DNA from: Trichoplax adhaerens
Lineage: Eukaryota > Animalia > Placozoa
Assembly: GCF_000150275.1 (NCBI RefSeq)
Contig: NW_002060948.1
Span: 682,001 to 746,000, forward strand
Length of the DNA stretch: 64,000 bases
Reading direction: 5' to 3'
Translations under genes and position numbers: made by a program
In this document: positions 13,421 through 27,236 of the stretch, piece by piece
Layout: each line of letters opens with the position of its first letter
Position numbering within the stretch: the first letter of the stretch is position 1
The notes under the pieces: generated by a model
Told to the model about the DNA's origin: nothing
Database searches by the model: none
The model's input: only the letters and a program-made list of their open reading frames with translations

Positions 13421-16400
13421 ATGGATTCTCATGTAGAAATCAAGGTTCCGGCAATTGTACCAACACGAGTAGTTACTAATGGCAAAATGATGAAGGGTAA
13501 GATGGTGTCGTCAACTTTGTCCACGGACAAGTTAGGTTAAGATGGACGATTGCTGTGTCCCTTTTTAATCGATAGTAGGACAGTGTACTTGGTAGAATAA
13601 TTCATCACAACTGCCTGATAATGCGTAGAAACTACATCAATCTGAAGATGGATGCTGAAGATGGATGTAGTAGTAGTACAGCAGCTTCAATTCTAAAGTT
13701 TACGCTAACGATAATGGACGTGACACAGAGATGGAATATCCTTGAATATCCTTCAGTGCCTATTCAAAATACAGTCAACGTCTAATCTACTCTACACTAT
13801 AAGCAGTAGTCTATTGACTTGAACTACTCTATTCCATGATAGGCGATGTCCTTCTACTGAGATCTTAACCAATATATGACTTCTTTAGGGATTCTTTCAT
13901 CTTGTAAAGTTGATATTTCTTAGCTAAGAGTGGTGCCTATTCAAAATACAGTCAACGTCTAATCTACCCTACACTATAAGCAGTAGTCTATTGACTTGAA
14001 CTACTCTATTCCATGATAGGAATGTCCTTCTACTGAGATCTTAACCAATATATGACTTCTTTAGGGATTCTTTCATCTTGTAAAGTTGATATTTCTTAGC
14101 TAAGAGTGGTGCCTATTCAAAATACAGTCAACGTCTAATCTACTCTACAATATAAGCAGTAGTCTATTGACTTGAACTACTCTATTCCATGATAGGCGAT
14201 GTCCATCCGCTGAGATCTCCACTAATGTATGACTTCTTCAGGGATTCTTTCATCTTGTAAAGTTGATATTTTCTTAGCTATAAGTGGTGCCTATTCAAAA
14301 TACAGTCAACGTCTAATCTACTCTACAATATAAGCAGTAGTCTATTGACTTGAACTACTCTATTCCATGATAGGCGATGTCCATCCGCTAAGATCTCCAC
14401 TAATGTATGACTTCTTCAGGGATTCTTTTATCTTGTAAAGTTGATATTTCTTAGTTATAAATGAAAAGACAATCAATAGACGATAGACAGAGTCTAGATG
14501 CTTATACGATAGACCATAGACATAGTCCGGTGGTGGATTATGCCCTTCTCCTAGGCTGACAGTATCGAGAAACACTTTATGGATTCTTCAATTTGGGCTA
14601 ATATTACCACATTACAGTTTATTCAATCAATCAATTGATAAAAGTACTGTATAGATAGCATAATTCTTTACTTGAATTGTCATTAATCAAGCAATCTGTA
14701 GCCATTCATTCACCCAGATTATTTCGGTTATTAAATACTGTACTGTAGACATCTTCCATTTTGTTACTATTTCTTGCTTGTACGACTATGCATTTCAATG
14801 TAGGATCAGTATTTTTATTTTTAAAGACTACTAGAATCGCTAGTACAGTATAACAGACGCATCGAGCAATACTAATTCTTGTTAAACTACCAATAATTTA
14901 TAATCAGTCGTCTACATCGCTAAAACGAGTAAACTCTACATTCTGTTGGGATCTATATAGATGTCCTATACATGTCCAACTTTTCATATTTGATCCAGTC
15001 AATCAACTGTTTAAACTGGTGCTCACGTATGAATAGACAATTTACACTGCATGCAATCCTATAAATGCTCCGATTAATAAACTCCATAGGAATCTTAACA
15101 TCGCTAATATTTCATGTTTTTACTCTGCAATCCACTGTTTAAACTAACAAATACAAGACGCGTCGAAGAGAATTATAGAAGTAGTAGTTTTACGATCACT
15201 AATCCACTGTCTGACTAGATCGTCAAAGTTAATAAACTCTACTCGTAGAAGTGTCTCTATCATTTCGTGTTCTACTCAACAGTAAACTATTTAGACTAAT
15301 GATACAAACAATTTACCGTTCTGAATAGCACAGGCATACGATTCACTGTGGGTATAAGCAGGAACTTTTAACTATCACCAATTAACTGTCTAACTAGATC
15401 GCCAAAGTTAATCAACTCTATAGGGATTTTACCATCTCTAACATTTATGTTTTACCAAATAATGAACTATTTAAAATAACCATGTTAACAGCATACACAG
15501 ATAGACGTATATACCATTCGATAGATGCATATAAATACGTGCATACGTATATGTAACAACAGATGCTGTATCGATATCTGTCTTAACTCGTTATTTATTG
15601 ATCATCTTCTACGCGAATCGATCTCCAAAGTTCATCAATTTTATACAAATCTTATAATTTTAGCTATTGCAGATTTTACCTAATTAATTAACTGTTTAAA
15701 CTAATACAATACGTGTGTATTGCCTCTACTGTATACATCTGCATCAGGTACTATTTGTCTATCTTTGTTTTAGCTATCAGTAAGTTATTATCGGTAGTTA
15801 GTTGACTAGATTGCCAAATTAGAACATTGTTCAAAAGTAATCCACTTTACTGATGCAGGAATTAAATAAGACTCAAGCCAACTCTACGCTGCTGATTTTA
15901 CACCTTACTTAGATACGCGTATAAGCATATATGTACACCTTGTGGGTAAACTAAAACATGACTGATCATGTTACTATGTATTTAAGATTTTAGAAAATGC
16001 GCAATCAGTTTCACTCTACTCCTTCTAAATATTATGCATAGAGTAGCTGTATAGCCATATCGTCAATATTATATATCCCCTTGAACTTGCTAGAAACTAT
16101 AATGGCAAAACTGTAATAGCACTTCACTTATGATTCAATCCATATAATGACGATAACAATTTCTGCAGTGTCTCTATTCTGCTAAGAATACAGTTCGTTC
16201 ATTATTCATGCTTTATTTATCACCTAACTTCTATTCGCTGATTAGAAACGATGAATGCTACCACTGAAACTGAAATACGAGAATTAGATGTCAATGTAAG
16301 TTCAATCTTGTAGCCTTATTTCACACACGATGTTTGTGCCATTGAAGATAATGACTTTACTTGTGTACCACAGTAGGCGATAATACTGCATATAATCATG

Positions 16401-19302
16401 ACGCCGCTTTATCCAATTTTACAAAAATCTTTCATGTTCAAAACGCAATCTTAACTTAATCACGTATTTATAGGGAGAATACACTAATACATTATCACGC
16501 GAGCTCTCAACGAAATGGTCATTAACGAAAGAAATTGGATTAATTTACAGTACTAAAGGGGTTCGAATATACTTATGTATACTATGGATACAAAATTTTC
16601 TCTTTTATTTTGTTTAATTTACGTGTACTGAATCAGTTATTTGTATAAAAATCATGTAAATAAGACTTTCCACCATTGATCTGATACCCTTGTCAAAGTC
16701 TAATTAATCCAATCGACGTCCTCGATTTTCAGGCTTGGACTGTAACTACGATGCTACTCATAAATGTATTATATACAATTTGGCTTCAACACCAATCGGT
16801 ACATACAAACTACTTAGGTATGCTTATAAATACAAAGCATCAATATATTTTATGACAAAACTTTTAAGATAAATGAACGGCCTTCCTAATTTAACCAATT
16901 CTTCTATCATAACATTTAGCTTTAACAGCATTTGCCTATTTATCAATATTGAACTCCTTTAGGTATTATACGCCTTGGTTGAATAATTATCTATAGTAAA
17001 ATTTTTATATAATTGCTAATCTCTTTACTGTTAACAATTCTATTTTGATTTACAGCTTAGTATCATGTCTAATCTCTTACTGGGTTTCGCATCAAAAGTG
17101 TACAGCCCTTTATTCATTTGGGTAATGTATAATTCTTTCCTTTTTATAACCAATTATACCAAACTACATTAAAGGTTTAGATCTCAATTAATTTCTTGAT
17201 ACTTTATACAAGATATATGCTTACTGTATCAATTCCTTAGTAACTTATGTAATAAAAATCTTTTTTATGTTATGGTAAATATAGCTTTGAACGAGTGGAA
17301 GTCCTAGCTGTCTTCACTAGTACAGTCTTAGTCCAAGTTGCCGTGATATCTGTACTAAGATACTGGTAAATATCTCAATTTACAACTCAATCTTTTGTAC
17401 TAAATTAATGGTATTTATTTCAAACAAAATATAACAAAATTAATGATTTAACCAATTCTGTATTTACTCAGCTTGGAGAGAATATTTCAGTCACCGAATG
17501 TCGTAACGTAAGTAAAATTATCGTATCTGAGTAGCTTATTCATCAAGAAATAAGTGAGTTGAACAGCGATTATATTGTAGATGACATCTTATTTGTAAAT
17601 CTATTGCCTTTCTAAAAGATAAATTTGCAACTCTCTATATATCTCAGATCAACAGTAAGCATGACCATCGTCGCAACCTTTGGCCTTATCCTTCATCTTT
17701 TAATTACGTTCTGTATCAGTAACAGAGCATTTAATCACGTATCATCAGGTCGTCTATTTATATCACTAGCCATATTAATTAACGTAAAACAATAAGTGAA
17801 AACTATTTAAAATAGGCCTTATCGAAATAACTTAAAATTTTTGTCAATTCTTCTGCAGTATCCGATTCAAATTGGCTTCAAAATTTCTTATCAACCACCA
17901 TCCAAAGGTTTAAATTAACACCATACAGTATTGTTAAATATATATATAAGCTTTCAAGAGTAATTTCATATACCAAGCGCATAATACGATTGTTTAATGA
18001 AGCACCCAGCGTAGGATAGCATGTCAGACGAATGTAACTTACAAGTACATCATGTCATATTGACTTACTGTAGTACTCATTAAAGTTTAATGTACTTACA
18101 TATTTGTTTTTAGTGTCTTTTCACTTGCCCCAAGTTCGACGCGAGCCTTTGTAAAAAGAATAAATCCGTTCGCCTTAGTTACTATTACCGGCTGGATTGC
18201 TATGTGTATAGCTGATATACTAATTAGTATTAAGTACGTTTTAATACCTATTTATTGAATATTGATGCTCAAGCAAACTGAATTATAACGTGTTTAATAT
18301 ATTTTAGCCACTGGTATCAAGCCGATACTGTTGCTGCCCTAATAATATGTATCCTAACTTGGGCTACGCTATATCCAATGTCAATATACAGTGGAAAGAT
18401 CCTTCTGCAAGTAATACTTAAAAACTGAAAGATATTTGTCTAACTTCCAAGAAATGATACCACTAACGATATCTGCTATTATCAATTGCTATAGACTAAT
18501 CCTGCGCAAATTTTGCCTCAAATCGATAAATGCTTAAGAGAGGTATTATAAAATTTTTATTACAATTCGATTATTTTGAAAGCATTCTTGTAAGCAAGAA
18601 ATGATATGCGTTATTATGAGTGTTTAATTTATTTTGATACGTAATCTCTCTAATTATATCGCGGCCCTTGCCAATAGATTTCAACACTTGACGGAGTCCT
18701 TGAAATAAAAGAAGATCATTTTTGGATGATCAGCTTCGGAAATCTTGTGAGTTAAATGCTATTCGTTACTATTAGACAGTAACATATCTACTGTATATTG
18801 ACTATATCATATTCATGACATCATAGGTAATTGTACCTTCTAATATGCATATAAGCAATTGATTTTTATGTTAGCGTAGTCAAAAAATAGCTAAATGATA
18901 TATATTGCTTAGGCGGGATCCGTACAAGTCCGTGTTAGAAGAGATGCTGATGATCAGGTACATACGTAAATATGTCGTTGCAATATTGTTCCTTTACTAA
19001 TGAAGTACAGTAATTCATCAATAACCTTATTGACTTTATTACAGATTGTCTTACTACAAGTCACTGAAAGATTATCTAGATACGTATCTAATCTCACTGT
19101 TCAAATAATTAAAGACGACTGGCAACGAACTGTATCAAATCCTACGATTTTAAGATCTATGAATTATGGTGATAAGAACATGTTAGAAAATTACAATTTC
19201 TCCTCATTCTCTAATGACACCGTGTACTACACACCTACTAAAGATAGAAGCAATATGATATCTGCTTCTACTCCGTTGATTTTTGAGCAACGTGGCCATT
19301 AA
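13421..19302 (+). CDS. SLC30A6: Zinc transporter 6 (CDF family), multi-exon; first exon 13421-13496 tentative
   Basis: Exons give YSFGFERVEVLAVFTSTVL, QIDKCLREISTLDGVLEIKEDHFW, AGSVQVRVRRDADDQ and LTVQIIKDDW, all ZnT6 signature segments. Exon 1 is phase-compatible with the exon at ~16246. Confidence 0.92.
13756..14460. repeat. Tandem repeat, 4 x ~177 bp, in predicted SLC30A6 intron 1
   Basis: GTGCCTATTCAAAATACAGTCAACG starts at 13756, 13933, 14109 and 14287. Confidence 0.97.
14860..15830. repeat. Highly diverged tandem repeat (~150-220-bp units, about 5-6 copies)
   Basis: Recurring GACTAGATCGYCAAAGTTAAT.AACTCTA-like blocks and ACT(G/A)TTTA(A/G)ACT-like blocks at about 15005, 15134, 15287, 15466 and 15691. 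Confidence 0.6.
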
Positions 19303-20251
19303 AAATTTAAATACTTTAGAAATTCGATAATCTATATTTCTTATGACAGTAAATACGTTTAATATTATAAGTCCAACTGGAGGTCGTTATTTAATGTCGA
19401 AGCTTTTCGATGGTGACAATCTACAGGTGTTAAATTTCTACAAAAATAAATGAATATGTATATCTTGTTTACTCCTAATATTGTGCATAATTTAACACAT
19501 TCCAAAATGTTATAAAATCTTATGATCTCCAATCTAATAAAAAATGCTATTAGTTGTTTTGATGACACGATAATTTTATGGGAATATTATTTATTCAATA
19601 ATGTCAACAGATTAATGTATATTATCTAGATTGTTATGTTATTTTGGTGTTACTGAAAGATAGATATACAGCCCTAGTTGGTGGCTTAAGAACTCTTCAC
19701 CGAACTATTGCGTGATAAGAGCAACAATTTATTTAATTACCAATCGTGAACAGATATATTGGTAAAGATTAGTTAAACAATTAAATTAAATCACGTTAAG
19801 TTTAACCTTCATTCAGAATTGTGGTATTTCAGATAAGATAGAGTTCATAAGTAGACCCATCATTGTAAATATTTTAGCAATTCTTAACAATTTCCGTTTT
19901 ACTAAGTAATGAATTGCTTAGGACTTTAATAACAACGTTCATCCTATAACTATCACATGTAGTTTCGTAAGCAGCATAATATAATTAGCTTGTTTATCAT
20001 CACTTCGAGTACCAAGAATAACTTCAATGTGTATGGATAATAAATTACTACTTCACACCATGTACCCGTAAATAGAAAATTTTATGTTACAACTATGGAA
20101 AGAACATTAACATTGCAACTTTATTCCCTAAATTTATCGCGGTAACAGCATCATTTAAAACTAGGCGTCACAAGTTAAGCCAGTATTATTACGAACTTTT
20201 AGCTAGCTGGTACTGCTATAATAAGAATTTGCAGTTATTTAATCATCCGTG

Positions 20252-23200
20252 ATGAAATTAGTTTCAGTTCTTCCTTCACTACTATGCTTACAAATTTTCA
20301 CCGCCTTAGTAATAGCAAATACTAACAGAACAAGTAAGCTTTCAGATTTAATTCACTAAGAAGCATCCTTTCGAAACATAAAATTATAACTAAATATTAC
20401 TAATAATGATTCGTTTTTATTTTCAAATCAGGAATTGCGAAAAGCTTAAACTATAATAATCAAGGTAACTTTAACATCATAATAGAATGATATTTAGAGA
20501 AATGCATTCCAAATCGAATATCAACAAGCAACATAAACTCAATATTTGAAAATCTAGCTGAACTTGTAAATGAATCACATACAATCAATTTATTTTTCTA
20601 TTAATACCTTGATTGAAATGTTTACTCTTCATAGGCTTTCAAGAAAAGTCAGATAATCAATGTGACTGCTCAAGCAATGGTCGATGTGTTAATAACAGAT
20701 GCCGCTGTAATTCTGGTTATATTGGTTCGCAATGTGAAACTCGTTGTTCACCGGGATTCTTTGGATTAAACTGTTTGCAAAAATGCAATTGCCTTAATGA
20801 TGCTGATTGTGATGCAAATGATGGAACTTGCGCCTGTAGAAAAGGATTCACTGGACGGGACTGTTCTCGTATTTGCCCAATAAGAACCTTCGGCGACGAT
20901 TGCAAAGAGAGTTGCAAATGTGAAAATGGAGCCTCGTGTAATGTTGTTACAGGAGAATGCGATTGTACATCACTTATGGGCTTTACTGGCAGCACATGTG
21001 CAGAAGGTGCTTCATTCAGTAAAAGAGTATAATTCTTACTTGAATGTGAAGCTAATTTCAATATTTTATGCTAAATTACTAAGGTTAATAGTCATCTCGA
21101 CCGGTGGCTAAGCAATATTTTTATTATAAGATTTTCATATCCAATTTTAGAATGTCCTGAAGGTTATTGGGGCCCTGACTGTATGTATAAATGTCCGCGA
21201 TGTAAGAATAACGGCAAATGCAATAGGAAAACGGGTTTATGCGATTGTGGACCTGGCTACTTTGGCGTCTTATGTCAAGAGAGTAAGCTTATGCATTGAG
21301 AATTTACCGTTTAAAAGTAACAGGACTTCACTATTAATTAATTTTAAGCTTGCTATTTCATTAACAAATACAATCTCTGAAGCTTATTTGAGATTACTGT
21401 GCCATTTCTTTGCTATACTATAGCAAACCATCAGTTTAATGCCTTAGCCATAAGTTCGATTATGAACCTCAAATCTTACATAAAAATTAGGGTATCGTTT
21501 TCTCCACGTTATCAATTTAATGATAGAAATGATACGCATATTCATGTACTGTAATCTATTAATACTCTTCCCTGATTAATATATATTTTACCACCATTAC
21601 TAATTATGAAGCCGAGTTAGTAGTATAATATTTCTATATTACCATTATATATCTTATGCAATCCGTAATTTTTATTACTATTATCGAATTAAGATTATCA
21701 ACCGTTAAAAATGTTAGAATATCCCGCGATATATATCTTACTTAAAGAACGCTTCTTATCATTAGTGATGTCTTTTCTATATTACTAACTTTCATTACTC
21801 AGTTCAACTGACAAAATAAGAAATGAGTTATACTACTCTAGCATATTTATTACATCACTAAATTAAAATTAATACATTTCTTTTCGATATTATTAGTTTT
21901 TGCTGCTTAAAGCTGACAAAATGATACCTGTAACGGCATAATGATCATAATATACTGCATTTACGCCTTATATTTACGCTTATTTTTTATGATACTAATT
22001 TCTATTATTTATCAAATTAACCTGATAAAATAATTCTTAAATCGATACGTTATTATAATATAATATGAATCCATATTATCGTGTGTACCTTCCAGATTAT
22101 CAATTTTTATCACTAAAACAAGTAGATAAAATCAAGTTGTATTAAGGCGATTAAAGAAGTTAATTTATAGTCTATATTAGTAGATATTCTCTTGTATTAT
22201 TAATTCCACTATTAAAGGAAGCTAGTGAAATAGTATTTAAATCATATAATATCTTCTAGCTTACAATAGCTTGCATCCTTTTCGTATTACTTGTTTCTCC
22301 TACCTGAATTTAGTAAGTTTAAAACTTACTAAATGGTACCTACATCAGTAAGATTATATTAATAGTCTATTCTATCTTCAGTATGTCCTAGAGATAAATA
22401 TGGCAAAAGTTGCAGTCAAAGTTGTAACTGCAATACAGATGTCAATGGACAGAGAGCAACTTGCGATCCAGTCAATGGTGAATGCTATTGCCCACCAGGA
22501 ACAGAAGGCCGTGATTGCACTAGGTGTAAGTTGCTAAATAATGTTAATAGAAATTATTTGTTCTTTGTAATCCATTATAACCCTATAATTAAAACTGTTG
22601 GATTGCCAGCGACTTAGACAGTTACAGTATATTTTACATTATTATTTTGTTTTAACTTCTTTCCTTAACAAATAAAATTAAATCTTAAAATTTGATATCA
22701 ATGTATCGATATCTATAATACACGCTGTAGTCGATTTGGGTCTTAAAAAAGATAGTTTAAAATGAGGTTCGCTTGTCTGGTATTTTTTGATTTATATTAT
22801 CGCAGCGATAGCCTCTTAATTTTTTAATAGAAATATTATTGACATAATACAAAGACATATTAAGATATTTTAAATGGAAACTAGGTCAAAAAGGGATCAG
22901 ACTAATAGCTATTTTTGTAAAATTATTATATCATCAACTGTGAAAGAAGTTTCTTGTCTTAACAAGATTTACTATATTGATTTTACTAGCTTGCGAAATT
23001 AACAAATTCGGCGAAGAATGCTCTTCGACATGTCGATGCGATGTAGCTAAAGGAGATTTTTGTGATCGAGCGACAGGGGAATGTCGATGTAGGGCAGGAT
23101 TTACTGGTTCTGACTGTAAAACTAGTGAGTAGAGGCGAAGATAGAATATAGCCATAAAATCTAGTTATTTTATTGATTTTAACGTCATTGCTTGATATCT

Positions 23201-24137
23201 TTCATTCATCGATTTATTCTTATTTGATTAAATTTTATGACTATTACGACATTAACTCAAAATTTAAAAATCTTTTTGGGTATTATGCGGAGAGAAAAAG
23301 TATTAAATAATCAATCAATATGCATATTATTATTACATTGCATATCAAAGGATGCTCTGCGAATGCATTCGGACCAGATTGCCAATTTAAATGCACTTGT
23401 GTTCATGGAAGTTGTGATTCTCAAACTGGCTCATGCTACTGCCATGAAGGTTATACTGGACCTCGCTGTTCAGGTATTGCAGTTGAAATTGATAGCTTTA
23501 TCCCAGATAAGATAATTCCTAAAATTCATCCTTCTAAGGCAATGCTATAAACGGTTAACTTTCACTTTTTTTATGTATCAGTTATTCTATTTCTTGAACT
23601 ACATCATTTTGTGTGTTCCAATCTTATTAGTGAATATATTTGTAGTTGTATTTCATTTTAATGTGAATGTTAAAAAGATTCCTTTATCATCGATTATAAA
23701 ATATCTGTAAGGGAATGGACAGCAGCTTCGAAAATTTTTATTTCATTTAGAAATTTTGTCTTACAAATTATTGCAATGTTTCCCAATTCGCTAATCTCGC
23801 TAGAGTAAATTTATATAGCCAATAAGGAGCATAAATAGCAAAACTGAACTTATTGCTCTATTGTAGTTAACTTGATGACTATTTTTTCTTGTTTTCAGAA
23901 CGCAAACCGACTGAGTTAAAATTTAATCGCAATAAATTAATTGATAATAAAGGAAATAAATTACTTGTTTCATATCCTGTAGTCTACGTCAGACCAAACC
24001 CTAAAGTCTTTCAGAATCGAAAGCAAAAAATTATATTAATTAACAACAACAAGCGTCCATCCTTTGGTCGTAAAATTATTAGGAAAATTCCTCGAAGACA
24101 TCGCTTTAAAGTATTGAAACGTAGAAAGTATTACTAA
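20252..24137 (+). CDS. Secreted multiple-EGF protein (about 7 MEGF/CED-1-type EGF modules) with a basic C-terminal tail, about 8 exons
   Basis: Signal peptide MKLVSVLPSLLCLQIFTALVIA, repeats such as CSPGFFGLNC..CNCLNDADCDANDGTCACRKGFTGRDC, phase-1 EGF exons at ~21151, 22382, 22990 and 23351, and a final exon ending RKIIRKIPRRHRFKVLKRRKYY*. Confidence 0.85.
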
Positions 24138-25343
24138 ATGAAACTGTGTTGTAGAGATTAATAAAATGTGAAATAGTAGATCGTATTAATGATCATGTAG
24201 AATCAATATTAAAAAATGGTTATATTACTTAAGTGAGATTTATTTCGTCATTTTGGCTTCGGTTTACATCAATACTTAAATTTTGGCATTAATTACCATC
24301 CAAAAAGTATTTCAGATATAGTAGGCTATTTTATCAATATTCATATATCTTGAAATTGTTATATCAAGCTCAACATGACTCTACTATATTGCCAATAAAG
24401 TGATGATTCCTTTACCCATGAACAAACACCAATCATACCCTATTGTTTCGGTTAACTGTCTTCTATGATTGAATAAATCTGTCTCTTTTATCGGTATTTT
24501 TCTATCATTTTCACGATCATTATGACTACTTGTATTACATCGCTGGAATAGATTACCTTCACTTGAAAATAGAGCATAGCAGGCAAGTTTCGATATATTT
24601 TACATTTCGCTTAGACTGAATGACAGCAGAAAAGCTTCAAATTGAGAATGTTCTAATAGAATTCTGACCATTGCACATTCAATACTTGTATAATTTTTAC
24701 CCGTAATTCTGTTTCAGAGTTTCCTATGATATCTAAGTTAGAGCACGCGTATATTTGTGAATTTTAGTTGTATTTTTACATTTATACACTATATCGAGGA
24801 TTACGTTATAACACTGTATACTGTACTTTATGTACAAGTTGCAAGCCTTTTACAGCGCAGATATATTGTCGTATAATTATGCTGGTAAGGCAATTACTCT
24901 ATCCTTTGTTAAGGTAAAATTTAGCTACTTTCATTTTACTCTTCTAGAGTGATTTAAAGCCTTTAATACTTACTATCTATATAAGCATTGAAATGACCAT
25001 CTATCCTCAAAATAGATTCGAATTTTATTAGCCGATAGACTATAACACCTTCATTGTTCATGTAATCTTATTACATAATTATTTTACTTTTTCATATTTT
25101 TAAGTATATTACGTGCAAATACACTTAGTTCAGTAAGCTGATTTAATGAGGCAATATAAACATTAAAGATTAAGCTGAATTATCTTATCGTATTAGTTCA
25201 GCGTAGAATTATAATAGGAAGAATAGAAGACCAGAAGCCACGTTATCAGATTAAGCATACAAGCTGTAGCTATTAAAATCTTACAATAATTTTGCGAAAA
25301 GGTATTTCAAAGGTTTAAACGATATCACTGAATAAAAATATTA

Positions 25344-26667
25344 CTAGTCACCAGTCTCATATGACCAAGCATCCCTGTCTAGTTTTCGTACGAACTGATG
25401 TCCAGTTAGATCGCATGATTTATAAAATACTGCAATAAATAATCGCCGTTAGAATGCAGTTATTCGATTCTATAATATCATTGATTTACTTTAATTTATA
25501 TGCGCTGTATACTGAGTGTATAGTAACTTTCTTAAGTTTAAGTAGTGCATCAGTTGATCACTTATTGGCGAGGTTACAATATTTCTAGTTGAACACTAAG
25601 TTTGATATGCATCTTAATTAATTAAGTACGTAAGTTGTAATCATTCATTTAACAATATGGATCGAAGCTGAAGAGTTTCATTAATTATAATCGAGTAGAG
25701 TATCATTCTCACCTTCTAATACGGATGGATAATTGTTACTCATCCAATGTCTGTATTCTAAAACGAATAATGGGGTTAGTACTGATTAAGGCAGTATACA
25801 GCATATAGCAGGATAATTTCTAGTGCAATAAAATTCATTATGACAACCGGAATCGATTCACATATACACGTATACTGCTATTTAATACTGATTTACGTTA
25901 TGTAAAATCAGCCCATGCTCATGATTCATAACGCAGATAGGCCATGATTTATGTACGAGTATATGTTATACATAGCATACAGATCAATAGGTAATAGTTA
26001 CGCGATTGAAATTTCAAGCCTATGCACAGGCCACAGCATTGGATATTTAATATTATTTCGATCAAGTCCATAGTCACTGCATTTAAATTTAACACATCCA
26101 ATAAAATTATGTCGTAATGGACTGAGTATGTGATAGAAATGGACAACTGTGTTCTGTCTATGAGCCATACTCTCTATCACAGAATTTACATAGGTCTACA
26201 ATCAATGCATTTACTGTGCATTTCAACATAGTCGAAGTCATAATCATCTTGTAATAGATTGGATATAGAAATTAGAATGACTGTACTCCATCTATTCTAG
26301 AGAGAGAGACCGTAATGGGCGTAAGCCCATCGAAAAGCGCCGTAGATACCTGCATCAGTGCTGACAAGCCATTGAAATTTTTAAGCTCCATCAGGTCTAC
26401 TATCAATGTACTGTATTTTACTGTTTAATTCAGCATTCGAAGTCATCATCATTTGGTAATTTAATAGATTGGATATAGAAATAGAACGACTGTATTTTGT
26501 TTATGATATGAAGGAGATCTGACTATTACAACATCATCTGCTTGAGGTCTAGCTAGGTAGGCGATGGATTTACCTTGACTGACATTCATATTATGCCAGA
26601 AATAATAGCTTGCAGCCACAGCAGATATCTCTACTGCTAGTAGAGAACGCCATATAATTTTACGCAT
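25344..26667 (-). CDS. CEBPZOS: CEBPZOS-like small membrane protein, 74 aa, 3 exons (26667-26574, 25757-25713, 25429-25344)
   Basis: MRKIIWRSLLAVEISAVAASYYFWHNMNVSQ|EYRHWMSNNYPSVLE|VFYKSCDLTGHQFVRKLDRDAWSYETGD*. It aligns along its length with remembered CEBPZOS ([40 protein letters not shown]...IRELDQKTW). Exon phases sum to 225 nt. Confidence 0.85.
26192..26495. repeat. Diverged ~95-bp direct duplication in CEBPZOS intron 1
   Basis: AGGTCTAC..TCAATG...TCGAAGTCAT..TCAT..TAATAGATTGGATATAGAAAT occurs at ~26192 and ~26393. Confidence 0.75.
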
Positions 26668-27120
26668 TAAGATAAAGAAGTTGATGATAGAAAATTTGAA
26701 GAATGCAAAAGAAAAGAAGGAAGGACAATAAGGCCAAACTCTGCTTTCTTCTCAGTTGGTAAAGAGGCAGGAAAAGCCAGTCAAGAAGATCGATTAATTT
26801 CCAAATCCTTGCAAAGTCGGCTGACTAAAGGCAGATGCAGCAGAGTCGAGACTCGACGTGACTGACCGACTGACCGACTATGCCTGGAACCTCAAATTGT
26901 GACACCCGGACAGACAGATGTAGTTCGTTCATCAATTCTTCCAAGAAGGAATTACTATTCCATACTAAGTAGAGTAAGTTTTTCCTTACTTTTGGCCTCA
27001 TTGAGTCGAAAATTATCTGCCTGTCCGAAGGGTTTACAGTCTAGGTTTAGAATGATATTTTTGGTCATGTCCCTCTCTCTTTCCTTTCTAATTTTAGCTC
27101 ATTTTATAGGGTTTTAGTAT

Positions 27121-27236
27121 TGACTCAGCCGTCCGGAAGGAAAGGAGTTTCCGCTCATACTGTACACTGTACTGTACGCTAGTGTACAGTACAGTAACTT
27201 ACCGTTAGTAATCACACATCACTGATGAGTCATCAG
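27121..27236 (+). promoter_or_regulatory. Candidate ARE/NF-E2 site (TGACTCAGC, 27121-27129) and palindromic AP-1-type site (CTGATGAGTCATCAG, 27222-27236)
   Basis: Exact consensus matches within 270 bp upstream of the GLO1 ATG. Confidence 0.5.

Noticed and set aside
14230-14422. CUGAAGA on the minus strand of 177-bp repeat copies 3-4
   Set aside because: No downstream stem II-GAAA or cleavage triplet, and it is absent from copies 1-2.
20717-21111. Antisense and alternate-frame ORFs over the EGF exon (likewise 43418-43612, 62802-62984, 63218-63412)
   Set aside because: Shadows of real coding exons.
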